NCBI GenBank assembly: GCA_904419075.1
Contig: CAJFQM010000003.1
Span: 153,934-217,933 of the forward strand
Reading direction: 5' to 3'
DNA length: 64,000 nt
Source: an uncultured Clostridia bacterium
Lineage (GTDB): Bacteria; Bacillota; Clostridia; Christensenellales; Borkfalkiaceae
The notes below the pieces were generated by a model. The model worked only from the letters and a program-made list of their open reading frames with translations, was not told where the DNA came from and did not search any database. Position 1 is the stretch's first letter, and every line of letters starts with the position of its first letter. The position numbers were made by a program, and so were the translations under genes. Positions 43,744-52,814 of the stretch are shown piece after piece.

Positions 43744-46230
43744 TTACAACAGATTGAAAAACGCCTTTCCGCCCGAAAGAAGCTCTTCGTCCAGCGTCCA
43801 CACGCCGTCCTTTTGCTTAAGTCCGAAAGAACATTCCTTCGCTGCCTCGAACACGTCGTCTCCGTCATAGCCGACGAATTTATCCGACATGCGTTCGAGA
43901 ATCTCTTTCGCCTCGGGCGTAAAGTGCGACGTCGTCACGAAAATCCCGCGGCTGTGCTGGATCCCCTCTTTCGCCTGACGGCACGCCACCGCGCCGATAA
44001 ATTGCTGCAACAGCGTCTCTCCGACCACCCACAATTCCACCTTCCCCTTGGAAGGATCCCAGTTCTTCGCCTGTATGTAGATGGTCTCGCGGAATCCGAA
44101 TTTGTCGGTGAGCGTGATCTCCCCGTCGATGCCGCCGTCGCGCTCTCCGCCCGACACTTTCATCCCTTCCAGACGCCTGCCGTTTTTCATCGAATATCTT
44201 TCCAGCAGGTATACCGAATAATATTCAAAATAATCTCCGCCCAAGCTCCTGAGCCGTTTGAGAAATTCCGCCTTCAAGGCCTCTTCTTCCGTCGCGGGCG
44301 CCGCGGGCGCGGCCGTTCCCCTGCCGCGGCGGTTCTGTCTGCCGTCGCGCACCGCATTCGCCTTGGACTGAACGGACGACGCCTGTCCCGAAGCAGCTGA
44401 CGCGGAAGCCGCCGCCGAAACAGCCCCCGCCCGACCCGTCTGCGCGGGGGGCGTCTGCCGTACGGACGTTTCCGCGCGGGGACCCGCACTCCGCTCGGAT
44501 ACGTTTTCCGACGGCGTATTTCCCGAACGCGGGCCTTTCTGTTCCGCACGTTCTCTCCGCTCGGCGGGAGAACGGCGCTCGGCAGATTTTTCGGAGACGG
44601 AAGAAACCGAAACCGAAGCCTCCGCGCGCGCATCGCGCGTATCCTTATCCTTGGCAGAAGGAACTTTTTCCGCTTTTTCCGAAGCATTTTTCAGCCCCGC
44701 GTTGCCCAAAAAGGCAAACTCGGGCAAAACGGGTTTTCTCGAAAGGGACGAAATCGGAGAAACCGCCGCCGAACCCGAAGGCGCCGCCTCGGACGAGCGC
44801 GTCTCCCATTGAGCCGAATCGGAGGCGCCGGAAGTCTTTTCGGAAGAAGTCTTTGCAGGGGAAGAGGCGGCCGTTTCAGCCGAAGCGGTCTTTGCCGAAA
44901 AAACGGGCGCGGACGCCGACGGGTTAGAATCCCCGTTGCCGCTCTTCTTTACGGCATTCACGGCATTCCGCTCGGGTACCTTTTTGCCGAAAAGCAGCGT
45001 CATATCGAAAACAGGAGCTACTTTTCCTTCCGGTTTTACCGTCAGTGCCTTTTCGGGACGCTTCTCTTCAAGGGCTTTTTCCGAAGCGGTATTTTTTGCG
45101 ACGATTTCTTTTTCCGCAGGCACTTTTTCCGATTCCTTCTCCAAAATCGGAGTCTTCGGAGAAACCTCTTTCCGATTTTTCCCCGCTTCGGGAAGCTCGG
45201 GCGCGGGAACTTCCTTTTCGATTTCCTTTTTCTCCGCCGAGATATTTTCTTTTTCCGCGTCAGTTTCCTTTTCCTCCGAAACGGATTCCGCCTTTATTTT
45301 AGGTTTTCTGCCGCGTTTTTTGGGCGCGGATTTCTCCTCCGCCGCCGTAGCGGACGGGCCCGATGCCTCGGCCGAAACGGACGCGGAAAGGGCAGGCGAA
45401 TTTACCTTGGGCTTTCTGCCGCGCTTTTTGGGCGCGGGCTTTTCCGCCGCCGCGGCGGACTGTTCGGAAGGCTCGTCGGAAGCGGCGGGAGTTACGACCG
45501 AAACGGGCGCGGCATCGATTTTTTCCGCGAAATCGCCTTCCGCCGCGGATTCTGCCGTATGTTTTTCCGATTTTTCTTCCACGGGCGCCGACTGTGCAGG
45601 CACCTCAGCCGCTACGGAAACCGAAGAAGTTTCGGACTGTAAAGCGGGCAACGCCTTTGCCTTGGGCTTTCTGCCGCGCTTTCTGGGCGCGGGCTTTTCC
45701 GCCTCCGCGGCGGACTGTTCGGAAAGCTCGTCGGAAGCGGCGGGAGTTACGACCGAAACGGGCGCGGAAGTAATTTCTGAAACGGGAACAGAAGCAGTCT
45801 CCGAGACAGGCTCGGACGTTCCGAGCGCCGCGGGAACGACTTCTTTTGCCGATTTTTCAGATTCCGCGGGTTTTGACTTTCTCCCTCTCGTTTTCTTTTC
45901 CTTCGTCTGCTTCTTCTCTTCCGCTTGTACCGAGGCTTTTCGGGCTTCCGACGGCAAGGAACAGACGTTATCCCTGACCGATATTTCCTTATTGTCTTCC
46001 ATAAGGCTGAGCACGGAACCGATACGGCCTTTGAGATCGTTGACGTCGCCCGATTCTTCGGGATAACGTTCGGTATGAGCTTTCACGGCCGCGTCGAGCA
46101 GTTCGTTCCACTTATAGGAGTGCCTTTCGAGCAGTTCTCTGAGAATCACCTTCATGCGAAGCGCCTTTTCCTTTCTGGTCACAGGCGCCTTTTCTGTTTG
46201 TTTTTGTGCTTTGTCCATTACCTTTTCCAT
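43744..46230 (-). CDS. Mrr-type restriction-endonuclease-domain protein with a long disordered AT-hook-like linker
   Basis: The C-terminus reads GERDGGIDGE...TIYIQAKNW...GIFVTTSHFT. About 600 aa are low-complexity and contain TRGRKSKP and three (P)(R/K)KRGRKPK motifs. Confidence 0.7.
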   Translation of the reverse strand: MEKVMDKAQKQTEKAPVTRKEKALRMKVILRELLERHSYKWNELLDAAVKAHTERYPEESGDVNDLKGRIGSVLSLMEDNKEISVRDNVCSLPSEARKASVQAEEKKQTKEKKTRGRKSKPAESEKSAKEVVPAALGTSEPVSETASVPVSEITSAPVSVVTPAASDELSEQSAAEAEKPAPRKRGRKPKAKALPALQSETSSVSVAAEVPAQSAPVEEKSEKHTAESAAEGDFAEKIDAAPVSVVTPAASDEPSEQSAAAAEKPAPKKRGRKPKVNSPALSASVSAEASGPSATAAEEKSAPKKRGRKPKIKAESVSEEKETDAEKENISAEKKEIEKEVPAPELPEAGKNRKEVSPKTPILEKESEKVPAEKEIVAKNTASEKALEEKRPEKALTVKPEGKVAPVFDMTLLFGKKVPERNAVNAVKKSGNGDSNPSASAPVFSAKTASAETAASSPAKTSSEKTSGASDSAQWETRSSEAAPSGSAAVSPISSLSRKPVLPEFAFLGNAGLKNASEKAEKVPSAKDKDTRDARAEASVSVSSVSEKSAERRSPAERRERAEQKGPRSGNTPSENVSERSAGPRAETSVRQTPPAQTGRAGAVSAAASASAASGQASSVQSKANAVRDGRQNRRGRGTAAPAAPATEEEALKAEFLKRLRSLGGDYFEYYSVYLLERYSMKNGRRLEGMKVSGGERDGGIDGEITLTDKFGFRETIYIQAKNWDPSKGKVELWVVGETLLQQFIGAVACRQAKEGIQHSRGIFVTTSHFTPEAKEILERMSDKFVGYDGDDVFEAAKECSFGLKQKDGVWTLDEELLSGGKAFFNLL
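45405..45767. repeat. Two 108-bp direct repeats (45405-45512 and 45660-45767) inside the Mrr-like CDS
   Basis: Near-identical copies with a 255-bp period encode APVSVVTPAASDE(L/P)SEQSAA(E/A)AEKPAP(R/K)KRGRKPK. A weaker third copy lies near 45301-45360. Confidence 0.8.
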
Positions 46231-46303
46231 AAAAATCGCTTGCGGCGGGGGTCCGCGTATGTTTTTCCCTGATCCTTCCCCGTCCGTCCGCTCTCTGAAA
46301 CTT

Positions 46304-46328
46304 AAAAAAACGCCCGGCCGAAAGGGCG
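46304..46328 (-). terminator. Probable recO terminator
   Basis: Short GC stem cgccc/gggcg followed by T7 on the minus strand. Confidence 0.5.
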
Positions 46329-46335
46329 CCTCTTT

Positions 46336-47055
46336 TCATTCGCAGAGACGGATAAATTCGCCGAAACACGGATATTCTTCCTCCGTCTTTTCGGCGAGGT
46401 ATGTTTTTATCAGTCTGAGAGCGCGCTTTCCGCCCCCCGACGTCTTTTCTTCGTCATAGGACAGCCCCGCGCATTTGCGCAGGGTCTGATAAGTAGATTC
46501 GCTGGCGCGAACGCCGGACGCACAGGCCGAACATGTAAAATAACCTGCTTCGAAGTCGAAGTATGCGTTTTCCTTCACTTCGCCGCCGCAGATCCCGCAC
46601 CCGTCCAGATCGATCATGTATCCCGATTGATGCAGCGCGGTCAAGGAAAACGAGAGCAGCAGCTCCGCCGCGTCTCCGTCCGTGAGCGCCAGCCCCTTTA
46701 AGGCCTCGACCGCGGCGATGAACACCGCTTCGCTCTCCCCTTCCTCGACGAGAAGAGCGTTACAGATTTCCAAAACCGAACATGCGGCGTAATAGCGCAC
46801 GATGTCCGTGCGCAAAGAATAGAACCCGTCATACAGATAGGCGGCAGTCACCGTATACCTGCCCCCCTTCTCTGCCAAAACGTATTCCGCAAAACAGAAC
46901 GGCTGCGCCGCGAAAGAAAGTTTTGCTCCCCGCTTTCTGACGCCGCGGATTCCCGCCGTCACTTTTCCCTTGGAGGGAGTGAACAGAGTGAGCAGTTTAT
47001 CGTTTTCTTTATAGTCCGTCGCCTTTAACACCAGCGCGTCCGTCTTGAATTCCAT
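46336..47055 (-). CDS. recO: DNA repair protein RecO
   Basis: MEFKTDALVLKATDYKENDKLLTLFT with a C-terminal Cys4 zinc motif (CGICGG...CSAC). Confidence 0.9.
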   Translation of the reverse strand: MEFKTDALVLKATDYKENDKLLTLFTPSKGKVTAGIRGVRKRGAKLSFAAQPFCFAEYVLAEKGGRYTVTAAYLYDGFYSLRTDIVRYYAACSVLEICNALLVEEGESEAVFIAAVEALKGLALTDGDAAELLLSFSLTALHQSGYMIDLDGCGICGGEVKENAYFDFEAGYFTCSACASGVRASESTYQTLRKCAGLSYDEEKTSGGGKRALRLIKTYLAEKTEEEYPCFGEFIRLCE

Positions 47056-47079
47056 ATCCTGCCCTCTCCCTGCTTTCGG

Positions 47080-47211
47080 TCAGTGTTTTTTTCGGGACTT
47101 ATGTTCCGATTTCAGCTCCTGATACAGCATGTAATAACTGATATTTCCCGTCTTCGTGAACATCTCCCACGCGAGGCGCGCCGCACCGAAATCCCCGTTT
47201 TTATCGTGCAT
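47080..47211 (-). CDS. yqzL: YqzL-family small protein (43 aa; not in the ORF track)
   Basis: RC translation is MHDKNGDFGAARLAWEMFTKTGNISYYMLYQELKSEHKSRKKH. SD AAGGGGGA is present. It occupies the conserved era-yqzL-recO position. Confidence 0.7.
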   Translation of the reverse strand: MHDKNGDFGAARLAWEMFTKTGNISYYMLYQELKSEHKSRKKH

Positions 47212-47476
47212 TCTTCTTTTTTCCCCCTTTACCGTTAGGGTGGGGAATAACGCCGAATTTTATACGGAAAAACCGACGTGCGGAAAGACGGAAATTTTTT
47301 CCGGAAACGACCCCGAAGGATTTTTCAAGGGGACAACCAACAGATAAGTCTTTCCGAAACGCACCGACACACCCTGAAAAACCTTTGAAAAACAACGCCT
47401 CTTTTCCCGACGAACCCCAAAGGAATTTCGAAGGGAGATCAGACGCCACGGTTTTCAGAAAGGAGTTTCGCTCCGC

Positions 47477-48370
47477 TCAAAGTTCCCGAAATTCCTCGTA
47501 GCCGTACTCCTTCATAAGCCCCGGCTTGTCCCGCCAATCTTCCTTGACTTTCACGTACGTCGTGAGAAATACCTTCTTGCCGAGGAATTTTTCCATGTCC
47601 TGCCGCGCGAAAGACGAAACCTCCTTGATGGCCCGTCCCTGCTTGCCGATGAGAATGGCTTTATGCCCCGGTTTTTCGCACACGATGTCCAGATTGATTT
47701 CGTATACGTCGTTCTCTCCCAAGCGGAAAATATTTACGACGACCGCCACTCCGTGCGGGATTTCCTTGTCGTATTTGAGCAAAATCTTTTCGCGCATGAT
47801 TTCGGCAATCATGAAGCGTTCGCTTTTGTCCGACACGATTTCTTCCTCGAATACCTTCCCGCCCTCCGGCATGGAAGATATGAGAAACTCCCTCAGATTT
47901 TTGATATTGCGGCCCTTCCTCGCGGAGACGGGAAAAACGTCGAGGTCGATCCCCGAATCCGCGAACTTCGCCATGTCGAGAGGAATATTTTCCTTCGGCA
48001 TAATGTCGATTTTCGTATACGCCACGGCCATCGGAAGTCCCAATTCCTTGTATTTTCTCATGAGGGAAAAATCTTCCTCCCGCACTCCTTCGTGACCGTC
48101 GAGCACGTACAAAATCAAGTCCACCGCTTTCGCGCTCTCTTCCGTCGTCCGCATCATCATGTCCGTCAGGGCGTTCTTCGCCTTATAAATTCCCGGCGTG
48201 TCCACGAACACCACCTGGTAATCCTCCCCGTTCATCACGCCTAAAATCCTGTCCCGCGTGGTCTGGGGCTTGGGCGATACGATGGACACTTTCTCTCCTA
48301 CCATGACGTTGATTAATGTGCTCTTTCCGGCGTTCGCTCTGCCGATGACCGCTACGTATCCGCTTCTCAT
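47477..48370 (-). CDS. era: GTPase Era
   Basis: GRANAGKST, DTPG and a KH domain at the C-terminus. Confidence 0.95.
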   Translation of the reverse strand: MRSGYVAVIGRANAGKSTLINVMVGEKVSIVSPKPQTTRDRILGVMNGEDYQVVFVDTPGIYKAKNALTDMMMRTTEESAKAVDLILYVLDGHEGVREEDFSLMRKYKELGLPMAVAYTKIDIMPKENIPLDMAKFADSGIDLDVFPVSARKGRNIKNLREFLISSMPEGGKVFEEEIVSDKSERFMIAEIMREKILLKYDKEIPHGVAVVVNIFRLGENDVYEINLDIVCEKPGHKAILIGKQGRAIKEVSSFARQDMEKFLGKKVFLTTYVKVKEDWRDKPGLMKEYGYEEFREL

Positions 48371-48383
48371 ATGTCCTCTTTCG

Positions 48384-48872
48384 TCAGTCCTCTCTCGTTA
48401 TTCCCATTTTGCCGAGAATACATTCCTCTTTTTCCCGCATTTCCGACTTTTCTTCCTCCGTCATGTGGTCGTAACCCAGACAGTGCATGATTCCGTGCAC
48501 GAGAAGATAATTCAGCTCCCGACGGTAAGAATGTCCGTATTCCTCCGCCTGCTCCGCCGCACGCTTTTTGCACACCGCTATCGAACCGACGAACAAATTC
48601 CCTTCGTCGTCGATGTCGCAAGGGTAATCCCGACGTTTCAGCGCCTTTCCCTTGATGCCGTCCAGAGCGGGAAAGCTCAGAACGTCCGTCACCCTGTCGG
48701 TGGAACGCAGCTCGCGGTTGAGCCGTCGGATCTCTTCCTCGTCCGTGAAAATAAACTCCACGGCGAGCGGAACGTCCGACTTCACGAAACCGTCCATCGC
48801 CCGTTCGAGACGCCGAGCGTCCTCCGCCGAAAACTCCTCCCCGTCCGAATAAATGCGGAAATTGTCCTTCAT
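48384..48872 (-). CDS. ybeY: rRNA maturation RNase YbeY
   Basis: HGIMHCLGYDH zinc motif. Confidence 0.95.
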   Translation of the reverse strand: MKDNFRIYSDGEEFSAEDARRLERAMDGFVKSDVPLAVEFIFTDEEEIRRLNRELRSTDRVTDVLSFPALDGIKGKALKRRDYPCDIDDEGNLFVGSIAVCKKRAAEQAEEYGHSYRRELNYLLVHGIMHCLGYDHMTEEEKSEMREKEECILGKMGITRED

Positions 48873-50380
48873 TGGTTTTCGCCCGTCGTCTTGCCGTCCG
48901 CGTGCTTATACTTGATCGACGGGTATTTCACGCGGTGGTGATACACGCCCGTCAGCGTACTGACCAGCGTGCGGCGAATCGTCGTCAGATCCGCCATCGT
49001 GATGTCGCAATCGGAGAATTGTTCGAGGTCCATGCGCTCCTCGATGATCCCGCGCACCGCCTTTTCCACCTCCTCGGGCGTGCGCTTGGGGAGAGCGCGC
49101 ACCACCGCTTCCGATGCGTCCGCAATCATGATGATCGCGGCGATTTTCGTCTTGGGCTTGGGCCCCGGATAGGAAAAGTCCTCTATATTCAATTCTCCGT
49201 CCGTCATTTTCAGCGCCTTGGCATAGAAATACCGAATCGGCATGGTGCCGTGGTGCTGCAAAGCGACGTCCGCGAGAAACTGCGGCAAATGATGAGCGCG
49301 GATGAGTTCGTAACCGTCCTGCGTATGCGAACGGATTATATCCGCCGAAAGTTCGGGCGTCAATTCGTCGTGGAGGTTGTACTCGCCCTGATTTTCGGTG
49401 AAATATTCGGGCTGGTGCAATTTTCCGACGTCGTGATAGAACGCCGCGGCGCGCGCGTAGTCCACGTCCTCCCCGAGGTTTGCGGCACATGCTTCCGCAA
49501 GCTGCGCCACTACCATGGAATGGTTGAACGTGCCGGGCGCCTCCTCTTTCAGCTTTTTGAGGAGCTTGGCATCCGAGCTGGTCAATTCGCGCAGGCGGAA
49601 CACCGTCAGGCAGTTGAACAGGGATTCGAACACGGGCAGAATGGCCAAAAAGAGCACGGCGGACATGATTCCGCCCAAAAGGCCGTAGCCCATCTGCTGG
49701 AAAATTTTTTCGATCCCCGTGACGGCCGTCGCCGAACCCGAACCGCTGCCCGAAAGTCCGGAGACCTCCAAAAGGAAAATGATAAAATCGACGGGAATGA
49801 CGATAATCAGTCCGATACCGACGATCTGGAAACGGGTCTTTGCCTTATTGCCGAAGAAAATGGCAATCATGCCCGCGGAAAAAGCAATGATGAAAGAAGA
49901 ATAGACGTTATTTGCCGCCGCGGTCCCGTCGGAGAAATTATCGACGACGAACATTAAAATGGCGCAAATCATATTCATGAAAATGGCGTCCCTGCGGCCG
50001 ACCAGCACGAACACGAGCAGCGCGGCGAGCGCTACGGGACGGGCATAAATATGCACGTATTTTCCAAACAGGAAGGATACGATGAGACTCAAATCGAGTA
50101 CGGTGAAAATCAGCGCGATATTCTTTCCGCCGATGAGCATCCGCCTGTCCTCAAAGAAATAATAGAAATACGTAATCAGGACGAGCAGGAAAATACAGAA
50201 GGTCATATAGAGATAATTGGTCCGATTTTCCTTAATGGTTTGAGAAAAACGGTCGAATTTATCCCCCAGCAGCAAAATGGCCGCGATGAGTATGAGTATG
50301 ACCAGGTGAAGAACAAATAAAAGCGCGCTCTTCACGATTTCCTTTTTTGTCCAGACCGATTCGCCTTCCCGAATGTTCAT
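48869..50380 (-). CDS. pgpH: 7TM-HD membrane phosphohydrolase (PgpH/YqfF family)
   Basis: A multi-TM N-terminal half followed by an HD domain (HSMVVAQL...YHDVGK). Confidence 0.85.
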   Translation of the reverse strand: MNIREGESVWTKKEIVKSALLFVLHLVILILIAAILLLGDKFDRFSQTIKENRTNYLYMTFCIFLLVLITYFYYFFEDRRMLIGGKNIALIFTVLDLSLIVSFLFGKYVHIYARPVALAALLVFVLVGRRDAIFMNMICAILMFVVDNFSDGTAAANNVYSSFIIAFSAGMIAIFFGNKAKTRFQIVGIGLIIVIPVDFIIFLLEVSGLSGSGSGSATAVTGIEKIFQQMGYGLLGGIMSAVLFLAILPVFESLFNCLTVFRLRELTSSDAKLLKKLKEEAPGTFNHSMVVAQLAEACAANLGEDVDYARAAAFYHDVGKLHQPEYFTENQGEYNLHDELTPELSADIIRSHTQDGYELIRAHHLPQFLADVALQHHGTMPIRYFYAKALKMTDGELNIEDFSYPGPKPKTKIAAIIMIADASEAVVRALPKRTPEEVEKAVRGIIEERMDLEQFSDCDITMADLTTIRRTLVSTLTGVYHHRVKYPSIKYKHADGKTTGENQ

Positions 50381-51339
50381 CCTTCGTTTCTCTCCTTCTT
50401 TTGCGCCCTGCCGCGGAATTTTTCCGCGTCCGCTTCATACGCGCGGATAATCCGCATGACCATCGGATGCCTCACGACGTCCTTATCCGTCAGTCGGCAA
50501 ATCCCGATTCCCTCTATGTTTTTGAGTATCTTCACCGCATGCACGAGCCCGCTCGTCTTGCCCTCGGGCAAATCCACCTGCGTCACGTCCCCCGTGACCA
50601 CCGTCTTGCTGCCCTCGCCCATACGGGTCAGAAACATCTTCATCTGTTCCTTTGTCGTGTTCTGCGCTTCATCGAGGATAATAAAGGCGTTCGAGAGCGT
50701 CCTGCCGCGCATATACGCCAGCGGCGCCACCTCGATGACTCCCTTTTCCATGAGTTTTGCATACGTCTCCATGCCCAGCATCTCCTGCAACGCGTCGTAC
50801 AGCGGCCGAAGATACGGATCTACCTTCGTCTGCAAATCCCCCGGCAGAAAACCCAGCTTCTCCCCCGCTTCCACCGCGGGGCGCGTGAGTATGATTTTTT
50901 CCACCTGCTTGCTCTTGAACGCCGCAACCGCAAGGCATACCGCCAAATACGTCTTTCCCGTACCCGCAGGCCCCACGCCGAATACCACCGTATTCTTCTT
51001 GATCGCCTCCACGTACTGCTTTTGCCCTACCGTCTTGCACTTGATCTGCTTCCCGCGGGAGGTGACCGCCACCACTCCTTCCAAAATTCCCAGAATATCC
51101 CCCACGCGGCCTTCCTTCGCCAGCTCGATACAATACACGAGCCGCCCCTTATCCACGCTCTCCCCCGATTCCGCAAACGTGAGAAGCGCGGAAATTACCT
51201 CTTCGCCGCAGACGACGTCCCGCTCCTCGCCTTCCAGAATGATCTTCACTCCCTCCACATAGGAAACGAGATTCAGCTCCCTGGAAAGAAGCGTGAGATT
51301 TTCGTCGAACGTGCCTAAAATTCGGGACAGCCTGTCCAC
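50377..51339 (-). CDS. phoH: PhoH-family ATPase
   Basis: GPAGTGKTYLAV Walker A and ILDEAQN Walker B. Confidence 0.9.
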   Translation of the reverse strand: MDRLSRILGTFDENLTLLSRELNLVSYVEGVKIILEGEERDVVCGEEVISALLTFAESGESVDKGRLVYCIELAKEGRVGDILGILEGVVAVTSRGKQIKCKTVGQKQYVEAIKKNTVVFGVGPAGTGKTYLAVCLAVAAFKSKQVEKIILTRPAVEAGEKLGFLPGDLQTKVDPYLRPLYDALQEMLGMETYAKLMEKGVIEVAPLAYMRGRTLSNAFIILDEAQNTTKEQMKMFLTRMGEGSKTVVTGDVTQVDLPEGKTSGLVHAVKILKNIEGIGICRLTDKDVVRHPMVMRIIRAYEADAEKFRGRAQKKERNEG

Positions 51340-51526
51340 CGATTTCGTGTCGATTGCCTGTCTGATGTGTGCCGTAATAAACTCCTCCGATACGCCGACG
51401 CTCCCGCCCCGACGCGATTTCCTGATTTCTATAAAAAATTTTCTTTACGCAATTCCCGTATTCTTGTATCCCTTAATCGGCCTTTTCCGATATTCGTCGC
51501 TTCCGAAACGAAAGTGTTCCCCCGAA

Positions 51527-52417
51527 TCAAAAATTTATGGTCTCCGTGACCGTATACGAAATTTTCACCCGAAATCCCCCCTCCGTTTCCTCGCACGATT
51601 TTTCCGTTATCTCCCCGTCTATCGCAAGATACGCCGTCGCAAACGCTTCTTCCTCCGTCTCCGCCGCGACGAACTCGTCATACACGCAGGCGATAGTAAC
51701 GCGCGCGATCGCGGTTACGGGAACCTGCTCACCGCTATCGGTGAGAAAATACGCGCCCACCAGCGGTTCGCCCGCCTCGACGCTCTCCCCCGGCTGTTTG
51801 AGGAGCGTTCCCCTTAAAACCGCCGCCTGCACCAGCGTTCCCGTATGCTTCGCCGTCATGTCGCCCGCGGAAGGCGTCGGCTCCGAAAACGCGCTGAGGC
51901 GAACTTCCACCCGCACCGTCATGCCCGTCTTTTTGACCGAACAATAGCTGACGTCTTTGAGGGAAAGTATCTTTGCGCTCACCTCTCCTTCACAGCCCTT
52001 TTTATAGGGCGCAAAAGTACGGATGCCGCTCTCTTCCAGCGCACATAATATTTCCCGACGATAGGCGTCCGTACCCACGATGTCGATTCGGAACACAAAG
52101 CGGTTGGCCACGAGCGTACAGGAAAGAAAAAGCAGAATGCCGATAAAAACGCCCAGACGTTTCTTCGACCATTCGAGCGCGGCGAGTAATCCCTCCGCAC
52201 CCGCCTTTTTGGCGGTATACGGACTGTATACAGGTATATTATAACATACATTCGGATAAATTGCAAAAACTTTTTCGGTATCTTTTCTCTTTACACTCAA
52301 AAGTATTTGGTTTTTTTTGAGTTTTTTTGCATGATAGACGCAAATTCCCTCCCTTTGGAGCTTGGAAAGGGCGCGTTCGGGCATAATTCCCTCTATGACG
52401 ATTTTTTGCAAAAACAT
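51527..52417 (-). CDS. yqfD: Sporulation protein YqfD
   Basis: The start is set at MFLQKIVIEG (ATG 52415-52417) after GGAGGA. One TM segment. It follows yqfC as in Bacillus and Clostridium. Confidence 0.75.
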   Translation of the reverse strand: MFLQKIVIEGIMPERALSKLQREGICVYHAKKLKKNQILLSVKRKDTEKVFAIYPNVCYNIPVYSPYTAKKAGAEGLLAALEWSKKRLGVFIGILLFLSCTLVANRFVFRIDIVGTDAYRREILCALEESGIRTFAPYKKGCEGEVSAKILSLKDVSYCSVKKTGMTVRVEVRLSAFSEPTPSAGDMTAKHTGTLVQAAVLRGTLLKQPGESVEAGEPLVGAYFLTDSGEQVPVTAIARVTIACVYDEFVAAETEEEAFATAYLAIDGEITEKSCEETEGGFRVKISYTVTETINF

Positions 52418-52421
52418 TTTC

Positions 52422-52697
52422 TCAGTCCTCCGTGGAACGGATCTCCGAAATGCGTCCCGAAAGTTCGAGGTCCCCGTCACAATATTTCTCGATGATGAAA
52501 CCGCTGCCCTCTATTTCCAGAACGACGCGGCGAAAGCCGAGAATCACACGCTCGGAAGAAAATTCGCTCACCGTCTTTACGCCTTGGAAATACCCGCCTC
52601 TGCCGGGCAGAACGGTATACCGCGCGCCCGCAGACAGCGCCGACTCCCCGTCGCCGAGTTTTTTCAGAATTTCGTTATATAACCGCATTCGCCGCAC
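52422..52697 (-). CDS. yqfC: Sporulation protein YqfC
   Basis: 91 aa. VLPGRGGYFQGVKTVSEFSSERVIL...IEGSGFIIEKY is typical of the YqfC family. Confidence 0.8.
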   Translation of the reverse strand: MRRMRLYNEILKKLGDGESALSAGARYTVLPGRGGYFQGVKTVSEFSSERVILGFRRVVLEIEGSGFIIEKYCDGDLELSGRISEIRSTED

Positions 52698-52722
52698 CTT
52701 TTTACAAAGTTTTATTCCTTCT

Positions 52723-52751
52723 ATTGTATGCGGCGCCGCGCAAGGATATGA
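52723..52751 (-). promoter_or_regulatory. Mother-cell sigma (sigma-E-like) promoter for yqfC-yqfD
   Basis: Minus strand reads TCATATC-14 nt-CATACAAT. Confidence 0.45.
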
Positions 52752-52754
52752 AAA

Positions 52755-52792
52755 GCCCGCTCTTTCCCGTACGGGTCAGAGCGGGCTTTTTT
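52755..52792. terminator. Terminator after the ClC gene
   Basis: gcccgctct-14 nt-agagcgggc, with AAAA before it and TTTTTT after it. Confidence 0.75.
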
Positions 52793-52814
52793 CCCTTGCG
52801 CTTTTATTCCTCAA

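Noticed and set aside
47201-47449. The track lists an 82-aa minus-strand ORF in the era-yqzL spacer.
   Set aside because: It has no SD and a Gly/Lys/Phe-rich composition with no family resemblance. It overlaps the SD-supported yqzL start in another frame.
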